Shown here piece by piece: positions 35,701-47,449 of a stretch of DNA of 64,000 bases (the first letter of the stretch is position 1; every line of letters starts with the position of its first letter). The stretch is from Antedon mediterranea (taxonomy: Eukaryota; Animalia; Echinodermata). Made by a program: the position numbers and the translations under genes. Below the pieces are notes generated by a model. That model saw only the letters and a list, made by a program, of their open reading frames with translations. It had not been told where the DNA came from and ran no database searches. The DNA lies in assembly GCF_964355755.1 (NCBI RefSeq), contig NC_092672.1, positions 9,238,001 through 9,302,000 of the forward strand, read 5' to 3'.

Positions 35701-38700
35701 AATGAAGTCACACACACTTTCAGAAACTTGTTCATTAGTATCTTCATCCTAATGTAAAATGAAACAATTTTTGACAGCAAAAATCAGAATGCATTTCACT
35801 ATTGTTGTAAATAATATGTTCTGGATTGACCAACTAGCATAGGTGTTTAGCACCTGTTTGGTCTTTTCTTGCCTTTTATTATTTTGTCTTCTTTGTATTG
35901 TGTATGGCAGAAAATTGAATAAATAATTAAAAATAATAACTATTCAGCTACAATATAGTAGTATACTCTGCCAACACTATCAAATGAGTTTGAGAGAAAA
36001 ATGTGTGATGTGACCAAATACCCTGTATGGTAGTAATAATAATAATAATAAGACATCATCATGTCCATATATGGACATAAAGTTTGATAGTGAAGACACA
36101 GCTTTATGTAGAATAATCTGAAATATAAAAATCCAATAATAATGTTTTTTTTGCCACTTCCTTTGGAATGCACTACCTTACAATATGTGTATAATATTCT
36201 ACAGTTTAAATCTGTTCTCAAAACTTTATTTTTCTCCAAGATCTATCAGATCGGTTTGGTAAAAGAGTGCCTCATAAATATTCAGATTACTCTATTAGTA
36301 TTATCAAAGAAAATTATCAATAAAATTATTTAACATACCGTAAATATGCAAAACCATTTCCTAATGGCAGTCACAAGAGCTTGACAAACACAAAGAAGAT
36401 ACCTCAGTTCACCTTGCTGATTTTGACCAATTAAACTCAGTACCTAAAAAATATGATTGTGGAGGTCAGGGGTCAGATTAAAATTGCTTAGTAAACATGA
36501 TCTCAACACTGCTTTAAGTTAGTTATCTTAAATCTGAAGCTCTGTCTACACTATCAAACTAATTTGAAAAAAAAAAGTGTGATGTGCCAAAATATGGCAT
36601 TTATATGATGTTATCATGTCCATATGTTTGTAAATCATATTTTTTTAAGTTTGATAGTGTAGACAGAGCTTAAGGTGACAAAGTATTGTACGGCAATGTA
36701 TTAATACAGAACATACCTGATTAATTGTTTGTTGAATGAGGGGAAGAAGGTTTGAACCACTAGAATGAAACATACAGATAATACTAACTACACCAATAAG
36801 TGTATAGACTACAATGCAAGAAACTCTAAAGCTCTGTCTACACTATCAAACTTTATGTGACCAAAAAATGTGATGTGCCCATACTGTATATGGACATGGT
36901 GATGACATATCACTACCATTATTTCATCACATTTGTTTTGTAAAAATAGTTTGAGAGTATAGACAGAGTTTTACGACAGCAGCTAAATTCTATCAGTTTT
37001 GTTATTATTTACTTATAGTTATATAGTTAAATTAAATCATTTATTATTACTGTATATAATATTTATATTTTGTTTCCATTATTGTTGGAAAATGGAAGAA
37101 AACAAATGTTACTTCGAAAAAAGAAAGAAAACTCTTACCCATGTTGGCACATGGCTTGTAAAACCAACAGCGCATTTGTGTTGAAATGTGAATGGCGCAA
37201 TTCCAGAGTTAGACAATCGAGTAAATAGTCAACATTTCGATATATCAGTTCTTCAATACCGCTAGAAAGAAATACAAAACACAATAATAATAATGATGAT
37301 AAATCTATCTAGTAATAAGCTTAACCACAAGAAACTGTTGGATACTGTGTTTTAGAGGGAACACACAAAGTGTAGTGTTCGATAAAGTAAAACATGTCTG
37401 TAGGCAAATGGTGTCACTAAGGAACTTTGTGTGAATTTTATTTCAGTAGATAGATTTGCTCAAATTGTTCAAGTTAAACACACTATTGCAATTCAAACAT
37501 ACATACTAGTAATTTCAGAAGCTTCAAAATCATCTTATCTTTGTCTATGATTTCACCCAAGTCAGTTTTCAAAATGACCTAAGCAAATATTTGTTTTACA
37601 TATTTGTTTTTGAAATCTTAGATGATAAAGTATATTCAACAAGGTAGAAGGAACTGGTTTAAGGTATCCATTTTTCACTTAAGTACTTCTTAACTATCTT
37701 GACTTAATAAAAAAGAAATTCCTACTCTTATTAATGAGGTACAACACACTTACCTGTAGTTACAAGCTTCTGAGAATGCTCTCACGGTTTTATAAGCCGA
37801 TTGACTATTAAGAAAACATAAACACTTTGTAAACTTAAACAAAAAATAGCAATCTATTTACATGAAGATGCAGTAGGGTTTGAAAGTATAGAAATTATGT
37901 CAATTCCAATTTAATTCAATAAACTTTGTCAAACTCATGAATGGCTTGAAACTTTGGCTGAAAGTACACACATTAAAATTGTCTAAAAACATTGTCGCAC
38001 AAACAGTAAAAAAGAACAAAATCACATAAAACTGAGAACAAGATGTCATATAAAAAGTTAAAACAGGGCACAAAAAATACAAATTGAGTTAAAAAAACAG
38101 CTAAAATACTTATTGCGTTTATCTTTTTCACATTATATTAAAATGCCTCATAGCAGATGGGAGAAAGAATCTACGTAGACGTTCAGTGTTCCAGCGAGGA
38201 TATGTAATGCGCCCAGACCGGCTTAACGTAATGTACTGGTTAAGGTGGTGGCTAACATCTGACATAATAACTTTAAGTTTATTTGTAAGTGCGTTGTTAA
38301 CAACTTCATCTGATTTCTTAATGTCAGCTGAGTTTTGGTTGATCGATCATGTTCCTTTTAGCATAGCAGGAGTATTATATATGCCGATTGGCAGTATTGT
38401 TCAATTGACTGGTTGGTGCAGTGGTGTAGTGCTGGTTTGTCAGGTGAGAGTTGTTGGTTCAATTCTTGCACAATGTTCTTTTGGTTACTGTATGTTTATT
38501 TATTTATACTTTAATCTATTTAATCTGATCTATTTTTGTTAGGATAACATTACCTTATTAGCATATTGCTGTCAGATACCTTCACAAGTACAGGATAGAG
38601 TGTACTAATCAGAAAAAGCTCAAACTCATTCTTCATAACCTAACAATTAAGACGTAAAAGAAAAACACATTATTAAAAATGCAAATCTTACAAAATAATT

Positions 38701-41700
38701 TATAGGTGTGAGTTTCATAAACTACCTATAGCTTTGGCCTATCCACAAATTTGACCAATTTTCGCTCAAGATGAGTTAGTATGGTATTAAGAGAGTATTT
38801 ATAAGCTACCACTAAAACCTTTAAAAAAAGCCTAGTATGGGCTTCTTATTTTAGGACTCTTAAGTGAGCTTCATTTCGAGATGTGCTTCTTTTAAAATTA
38901 CTTTTGCAAACTGAAGAGAGGGGCTTCTTTTCGAAAATGGGCTTCTTTTTTAAAGTTTACGGTAGGATATTGTCAACAGTTACCTTTGCAGCCACAGCTA
39001 AACCTTCTAATAAGAGACAACTCAACAATACCATGCTGTTTTTCGTTGTAAGGGGTGTGGTTGAGACTGTATCTGTTACAGGGCTCACTTGATTACTTTG
39101 TGTACCCCATGCAGATGACGATAAATACTCATTTATAAGTCGACTAGAAAAACATTTAAATAAAAAAAAAAATTAATAACTTTTATTTCACACTAGATGT
39201 ACTAAATATAAATCAATATAAAACATAGATTAATTAAAATATTATTTAAATTACACCGAGAATTTTAATAAAAGTATGCTTTATAGAGAATTTGTCTTTT
39301 TTGATGATCCAATGAAATCGAAAAGTACTAAAAAATGATGCAACAACGTTGACGTATTGACCAGACAGTAACAAAGATCAATAGTCTACTTGAGAAAGCA
39401 AAACGTTGTTGTAAGTACCATTTTTAGTACATTTTTTTCAATTTAATGGATCAAAAAAAATTCTTCCCTACAATATCAGTATCCAAATGAAATTATTTCA
39501 AGATATATGCTTTTCTTATCACCAGCATATCATCATAAATTTGCTACCTGCTATTTTGTTTTCAGTCTATATATTTTAAAGTAAAGCTTTAGTTTTAAAA
39601 ACTTTCTTATTTCTTACGTCATACATGTTCTTGAGATTGGATGAGGAAATGGACAACCAGCTATTAGTTCATTTAACACCCATACAGCCTGCCTCTGGTA
39701 GATAGATGACTCAAGAAACAAATCAACAAAATATTCCACAAGCACATCAAGCTCACCTAAAACAATTTCAAAACATTGATATATGTACAGTAGTGTTGTA
39801 TGCAGGTATTGTAAGTCACCCTGCACAAAAATAAAACCCACCCCATGATAAACGTTATACCATTGACATTCCACCTACCTTTTGGATCTTAACATTTATT
39901 ATTACAAAGTGGTTCAGAACCACCGCAATTGAAAATCGCTCATGCATGCACATTTTTATAACCTCATGTACAAAGTTTAACACCAATTTTTTCGACAGGT
40001 TGGCTGGCTTAGTGGTGTGGTACTGCGGCTAGGGTATAGTGGTTTTGTAGGTTCAATTCTCGATCAATTTAAAAACATTTATTTTTTATAAATAAAAAAT
40101 TTTATTAAAAAATCTTTTATTCCTGTCTTTATCCATCATTGTCTTTACCCACCATTGCCTAGAGGGATGTTTTTTTTTAGGTTTAGGTTTTAAGTTTTAG
40201 TTTCTGTTACAATAGGCAGTTGAGTTCCGATGGCGGAATCCTAACCACCGCGTTATTATTAATAAGTAAATAGTTATGATACATACCATATTTAGCTAAA
40301 TATTTGCACATTTTCTTCAGCATTTCCTCAATTTTGTTGTCATTAAATCTTTTAAATCTTCTATCTGTATTCCATTGCATTTCATCTGAACTTAGATTTA
40401 TAGGACCATCTATAAGGTAAAAAAGAGGAAATTTAAATCAAATAACTTATTTAAAAAAAAAGTGGTCTTTTTTCTTAAGCTCTGTTTCACTATAAACTTC
40501 ATGTGACAAAAAATGTGCCCATATATGAACATGATGACATCATATCGCTATCATAATTGGGCACATTTTGTTGATAGTTTGATAGTGCAGACAGAGCTTT
40601 ATTTAATTTAACTTGTGAACTAAGAAAAGTATTGCAAATGTTTTTTTAAACTATCAGAATACATTACATACCATGATATAGGTTTTTCTGTTGTGTTATT
40701 TTAATGTCATCAGTTTCAAACTCGAGCACTGTCATTAGACATAGTGACAAACGTTTTAAATGTGACGAAGAGCGCAGCATAGGAGAAAGTTTCACACCTG
40801 GTGACAGAAATATACAACACGATATAAAACCCCATGGGTAAATTGTGAATGCTATATTTAAAAATACATTGTAACTTTAATACAATGATTTATAAATAGC
40901 AAAATATGTTAAAGAAATGAACAAAAGAGCAATATATTTACCAAGTAGGTCAATGTAACTCATTAACAGTTTCAACCTTGCTAACTTCTCAGCATCATCT
41001 AAATTTAAAAATCAAATTGTTTATAATTATATATAACTAGATGGTACGCTCGCTTCGCTCGCGTACCATCTAGGTCGTGCCCACAGATGGTTCTCGAATA
41101 CATAATAATTTCAGCGTTAAAAAAACTGGCGATTTCAAATGTACGTACCGCAGGACAATAATACATGTCGTTTACAGGAACGAATAAATAGACACTGTGA
41201 TTTATGTACTGTAAAATTAGTACCCTGGGATACTTCCGAAAGAGAAACTTGTCACAAAATGAGACCAATTGTTTAAGTCAAATTTAAACAAACTTAAATT
41301 GTGTTTTGTATGTAACATTTGGGTTGAGGGATAGGGAAGAGGATGGGTGCAAAGAGGAACAATTTTTAAATATATTCTTTACCCATTTATTAACGAAATA
41401 TTAATTGTTTTCATGTTTTACAAATAATATACCACTAAACACAATAAAACATTGCGATTTAATACTTTGTTGAAACTATCACCGTCATAGTCGATTGAAA
41501 TAGTACAGTACATGTAACGATACATCACTACAACGTATATATGTTTATATAATGTAAAACAATTTGTGAAAACCACCTCTATTTGGGGAAAATCATAAAT
41601 TCGATTTAATCGTCAATAAATATTAAATTATCTAACTCAACTTAATTAGTAGGCCTAATGGTTTTCAATTGTTCCTTAGAGCAAATTCAAACTTAAGTTG

Positions 41701-44700
41701 GTTCCTACCCTACCCACCCCCTACCCACCAAAGTTGTTCTGCGTTTAGGGCATGTGATGTACCGTAGGCCTATCCTCTACTGGTTTTACAACGCTACTCA
41801 TGCCAGTGAGGGCAGGGTGATGATATGGGTGGTTTAACTGCAATAATAAAGACGTGTACATAATATACGGCGAGTGAAAACGCTAGCTCATTATCCGTTT
41901 AAAAAAAATTTATATCCAACCTCTGCAGCACAGATTGAAAAAAAAATGGATCAAATTTCTGTTATGAGTATACAGTACCTGTACTTGCCTTTACGACGCC
42001 TGAGGGAATAGACACTTGTGGAACAGAGATTGGAATGTTCCATTCATCGCAAATCAATACATTTGTATAAACGTATATTAAATCTATCAAAATAGTATTT
42101 TTTAAAGAAAATCGGCCTGTCTTCAACATTATGATGCTATACTCGAGCTGTTCAACCAGTTTTCAGCCATTAAAAACAATTATCGTAGGAGGAGATAGGA
42201 AAATGCGAAGCATCCTCGTATTATTGTCTGGGGGTATTTTTCAAGACGGACATCCATTAGACAGTGTATACCACCATCAAAAAACACCCCTATTTGGGGC
42301 AAATCGTTGAACCTAAATTCGTTTTAATCGTCAATAACTAATTATCGAACTCAATTTAATTAGTAAACAGGGTTACATCAGGTGGTTAAAATCAGTACCG
42401 AAAGTACGAACCAACTTTATATACCATCGAGTAAACATTCTAGAAATAACGAGCGATTTACCGAATTTTGCCCTTACGTAAATTTATATATAGATATATA
42501 AGATAATTGTACAGTACAGTAGTTCGTAAATGACAAATAATGAATGTTAATGAATTGGATGGGGAGCCAGACAGACAGGCTTTTAATGCATGAAACATTT
42601 TAGTCATTTATTGAATGCCTTATAATACAACTTCAGTTAACGGCTGCTTCAATCATAAAGCAATGTTAAAGGATAGGCAAGGTCATTATTATTACTAATA
42701 GTATCATTTTGGCCATGAAGTAAAACATTTAAGTTTATAAAAACCTGAGCATGAAAACATTTACACTAATTACTGTCTACACTATCAAACTTTATGTGAC
42801 AACAAAATTTGGTATGCCCATATATGGACATGATGATGTCATATCACTACCATATTTGGGCATATCATATTTTTGTTAAACTAATTTGATAGTGTAGACA
42901 GAGTTTTAAGAGCCAACACAAAATGTGATACAAAACAAATCAAATATCAAAGAAACAGAATATTCGAATTAAAAATGATTAAATACCTGCAACCATGATG
43001 ATTCGAGGCAGAGAAGTGGTCAAAGCAAAGAGGTTTTCTTCCAGTATCTCTGTGATATCTCTGCAGTTATTCTCATGGAAGGCCTTCTGGATAGAGGATA
43101 GTATTACAGCACTTGAGTCAGCAACTTGTGGATATGAATCTGCAGTCAAACCTACTAACACTTCAATCAGAGTAGAAATACTTTCAGTCAGGCTCCTGTT
43201 GTTTAAATAAAATAGTGACATAAAACATAACATTATGTCGCTGTACACGTAGGTGATACTCGTCCTGGAGTCTAGTATACCTTGTATACCAAATATTATA
43301 TTTATTGTTATTACTGATATATTAAAAAACCATTTACCTCTTACAGTTGTGCAATAGCCTATTGACAAATTCAGCCACCTCCAGACGTACTCTCCAGTTG
43401 TCGTACTGAGCAGCCACACTGGCCTTCTTAAGCAAAATGCTAAGCTTTGGTGCAGTCGTCTCTAACCATGATGAATCTCTGATGATCATAAACTTCTGTA
43501 CTGGTTCATCACTGCATTTTGTTGCTGATATCAGGGCTTCACTGACTCCGGAGTCATCAAGTACCTTTACAAGAATACATCCCCATGTGTGTAACGCATA
43601 CTAAGAAAAGAAAATAGTCATGTTAAAATTCTTTTTGTTTGTCATTTCAACCCATAGAATAAAAAGTTTAAGCAAAATGCCAATTTACACAGGAGAGCGA
43701 TAAGCGTTAAAACCGCGTAGTTTGATCCACATAGAATCTGTATCTATCCTGAACAGAAACCGCCCATCTGCTCTGCGCTTTGTGTAAATAGTCATAAGAG
43801 ATAACAGATTCTATATTTTTATTACCGTTACCACTTGTGTGTGTAAATTGGCCATTAGTTCGCAACCCCAGAACGTTATTGCAACATAATGTGACCAATC
43901 ACATTGACGAATCAACTGAATTCTTGATTGTGATTGCATGTGTGCCCTTTAAACTGAGAAGCAAAGAATAAAATGTCTTCACATGCTGTCTTACCTTAGC
44001 CACTTTTGGCTCATTTATTATGATCTTGACAAGAGAAGATGAGGCGCCAGGAAGAAACGATGCAAATAGGTCTCCAATCTGACGAGTTAAATCAGGTTTG
44101 ATATCTGCATCATCTGCAAAAAAGTACCGAATACTGTATATCCTGTATTGTATCATTCAGGAACAATTTAATTTCCATGCTTACTATAATAATATTACCT
44201 TGACAAAGACAGGATAAGCAAGATAATGCCTGCAATCTGAGCGTGTGCAGTTTCTGGTGCTCTGCTACATTTATTAGCACAGAGACGGCATGGCCAACAC
44301 TGGCTAGATATTCAACACTATACAAACTGATTAGTGTGCTGAAGAATAACAGAAAAATTTTTTATAAAAATAGGATACAGTACAGGTCTGCCTCAAGTAT
44401 TAAACTGCTGTACTTTTTTGTGGCGCAGGTGAGATATGTAGGTGAAAGTAGTAATTATTGCCCTCAAGCTTAACTCAACATAGTATGGCCGTATATAGAG
44501 GTGGGAAGGGGGCTGTTTTGTAAAGATTGTTCTCATTTCCACCACCAAATCCTTCTATGCTTTTTATACTGAACTGAAAATATGATAATGAGATATATTG
44601 TTCTCAAGATTATCATTATGTGTGTCCTTTTTAACAAGATGATGTTGTTTGTCAATTAATAAGTATGTATCAATATAAATATTAAATAACTTCATTCCAA

Positions 44701-46669
44701 AATACAATTATTGCGCAACATTTAAACTAAGTTTTCTTCTTTCTTTTCTATTTTTAATGTATATTTTCTCTATTTATAATTTTCATTAGTCTTTGTCTTT
44801 ACTTTATTATATTTCCAATTACTGTACCACTTTGAATATCAGTGCACTAGTACTGAAAGTGCCTGCAGAATAAAGAAAGAATAAATAAATTCCACAACCC
44901 ATTCTTACCTTGAATCAGCATTCTGAATCAGGTTTTGTAAACATTTGACGACATTTAGTTGGATTTCCTCAGGAATGCCATCTGTAAATATAAAAATTCT
45001 AGAACTGTACAAGGTATCCCTACAAATGTCATGTTCGACTGGGTCAGCAGCTTATCCGCTTATATGCAGATGTTCTAACCAAATAGACCACTGGAACTTT
45101 CATGGTATTGTTCAAATTCTATTGGATTTGATAACTACATGTTGTAAGAACTGTACCTGAATCTGGTTGAATACTGGTGCTTAGCAACACACATAGTAGC
45201 TGGAAATAGTCAAAGAACAGTTGCCAATTGTTTATTGAAGTTTTCTTAAATAACTCCAAAAGACATTTTAACGTGACTTCTATCAAATCTTCCTTTCTAA
45301 AAAACAGAATCATAAATAGAAACATATATAAAATATTCTTTAATATTTTAAAATCATAGTTTTATAATCAATTTATATTTACAAGTAAACTAATCGTTCA
45401 AAAGTTCCCAACTTGGGAAAATGAAATTCCCGAGATTCTCAACTTGGGAAAATGAAATTCCCAAGATTCTTTATAAAAGTGGCCAAACCATTACGTACAT
45501 GATATAATTTTAGGAATACTTTTAAATAATATGGTACTAATAACAATTATTAGGCACACAGCATCTATTGCAAAAATTGGGATGCACTTCCTTAATATGT
45601 TCGTCGTTTTGTTTTGTTTTTTAATGTGTTTTCCTAAGCATTTTCAACATTACATTATTAACTAAAAGGAGCCTAAATTAATAATGGTAAATTAATGCAT
45701 TGCAGGAATTTTTTTTTTTAGGGGAATTGTACTTGGTGGGAGAAACTACACGTAGCTAGGGGAAGACGGGAGTCTTGAAATATAGAAACTTGGGAGGTCT
45801 GGACCTACTTAGTTTTTGGATTGTGCAGGATAACTCGTAATGGGAAAAGTATATACTGCTGAAGATGCTGAAGTGTGCAACAATTTTGATTCTCTAGTAT
45901 GTGCAGTAATGCTTTAGCTTGGCTGCAATTAGCTTGCTTGGTCATTGCAACACAGACAGGACGTAAACGTTGAAATGCTTCTTTGAAGACCTCATCCTTA
46001 TTAACAGTGGCAACTTGACTTGGAGGCGCTTGTGGTTGTGCTGGAAATAATGATAAATGCAATTTCAATTAAAAAACTTATGTAACAACATAAGTTTACA
46101 ATTTAAAAATTGTAGTAGTGGGGTACAAAAAACTTTTAACCAATTACAGGGATGACCAACTTCTGATCAAATGGTCGAGTTACAACTCTAGTTAGTATAG
46201 TATCAGACAGAATGAATGACACTGACAGTCACAACATAGATAGGCCTTTTTAGGCCTAGCTAGTTAACAAAAAAATGTCAAAAGTTATAGATAAGAGATA
46301 GAATAGATCTGGCTTTTACTTTACATTACATACTATTACTACTGCATACTAATAACCAACAAGTGATCCTCTCCTCTAGGGGCTAGTGAAGTGTAGTATG
46401 CCAGTTTACTACCACCAAGATAGGCCTACTAAAGCTAGGCCTAGTTTAGAACTCTTCTTAGCTGAGGAGTCTCATTCTGTTCTCTTATCTTGCCCTGCTC
46501 TGCATCAGAACAGACCTAGCCTACTAACTAGGCCTAGAGCCTCTAGATAGAGGATAGATCTAGGCCTAGCCTATAAATAGTATAATTCTAAAATGTGTGT
46601 ATTAAAAAACATTCTTTACACATTGTGACTTAATTAAACAACCACTGATTTAATAGACATACCATTCAT
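32762..46669 (-). CDS. TTI1: TELO2-interacting protein 1 homolog (TTT complex HEAT-repeat subunit), ~25 exons
   Basis: N-terminus EAFQRLRPVCVAMTK...LQHLQQYILFPLRVIL resembles TTI1 (EAFGVLRPVCVQLTK...LQQYILFPLRF); later motifs ASFLPG, LEENLFALTTSLPRI, DFLKKRVLKDVLP, YKLQLSII, CLPYLDSNQP. Exons: 46663-46669, 45809-46040, 45157-45296, 44909-44981, 44199-44338, 43995-44113, 43338-43600, 42987-43195, 40942-40998, 40672-40797, 40287-40409, 39618-39756, 38984-39143, 38554-38639, 37754-37804, 37139-37261, 36717-36759, 36339-36443, 35527-35748, 35047-35152, 34396-34478, 34063-34178, 33588-33675, 33058-33144, 32762-32866 (stop TGA). A small exon could have been missed. Confidence 0.9.
35277..35406. mobile_element. 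MITE family A
   Basis: agctctgtctacactatcaaac...gtttgatagtgtagatagagct with taa/taa flanks. Confidence 0.85.
35965..36104. mobile_element. MITE family A (diverged)
   Basis: ctctgccaacactatcaaa...gtttgatagtgaagacacagct. Confidence 0.7.
36538..36670. mobile_element. MITE family A
   Basis: Near-perfect TIRs agctctgtctacactatcaaact / agtttgatagtgtagacagagct. Confidence 0.85.
36830..36969. mobile_element. MITE family A
   Basis: agctctgtctacactatcaaact...agtttgagagtatagacagagtt. Confidence 0.8.
40478..40598. mobile_element. MITE family A
   Basis: agctctgtttcactataaact...agtttgatagtgcagacagagct with tta/tta flanks. Confidence 0.8.
41037..42494 (-). mobile_element. Non-autonomous Helitron
   Basis: Minus strand begins A|TCTATATATAAA (42494) and ends CTAG|T (41037). 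A GC-rich terminal hairpin ctagatggtacgc-N11-gcgtaccatctag is present. Inserted between A and T, with no TSD. Confidence 0.75.
42773..42905. mobile_element. MITE family A
   Basis: ctgtctacactatcaaact...tttgatagtgtagacagagtt. Confidence 0.8.
46240..46575. promoter_or_regulatory. TAGGCCTA/CTAG-rich tract at the 5' end of TTI1 intron 1
   Basis: Dense aggcct/ctag palindromes immediately downstream of exon 1. The same composition follows MRPL47 exon 1. Regulatory function is inferred only. Confidence 0.35.
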
Positions 46670-47449
46670 GGTTCAGACTATTTAGTACTTCAATTAAATT
46701 ACATCAAAATAGACAACAAAGATGCCTCACACACATGTCTACTTTTTGCTCTCGAGAACCACTCATGCATAACTTGTGTCAGCTATGAAACGTCCAGATA
46801 TGGAACGTCTTTGGTGACAAATCTGGGCGTTGCAGTAATACTTTAATTACAGCTTTGCGTAAGTGAATTCATTTCAATGCGAACTTCGATCTCATTACAG
46901 TATTTATAACTTTTAATATGTGTTGAGCAATGATTAAATAATACGCTGATAGGCTAGAACCATAGGGCTATGTTTTTCACTTTCAGTAGAAACAACACTG
47001 TACATAATTTTGAAAACAAATTTCAGGCACATTTAAATGTTGTCATCATACAGGTCCTTTATATTATAGGATACAGTATCCTTATGTATAGGTCCAAGTC
47101 TTGGATACTGAAACCGGAAGATAAATCAGGATTTTTCTCCAGCAGAAGACAATAAGAGCAGACAGAAAAAAAATCGGTATGGTAAATACTGTGGAATTTA
47201 TTTTAGCTTACTAAAACTGAAACATGAACACAACGACTATTCTTAAAGTTCAGTACATCTGTTCTTATTTATTATAAAGTAGTTTCTTATATAGAAACAT
47301 TTAAACAAATTGTCATCACAATGTAATGTTACTTATAAGAACTTCTGAATATATTCTATTTATAATTGTGTGAATGCAGTACAGATTCATGGGCTATCTT
47401 CTGCCTCTGAAGATAATTTGATAAAAATAATGTAACAAAACAGTTAATA

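Noticed and set aside
39998-40065. tRNA-like A-box (tggcttagtgg) and B-box (ggttcaattc); similar at ~38410-38470
   Set aside because: No coherent cloverleaf or acceptor stem; more likely decayed tRNA-derived repeat heads than tRNA genes.
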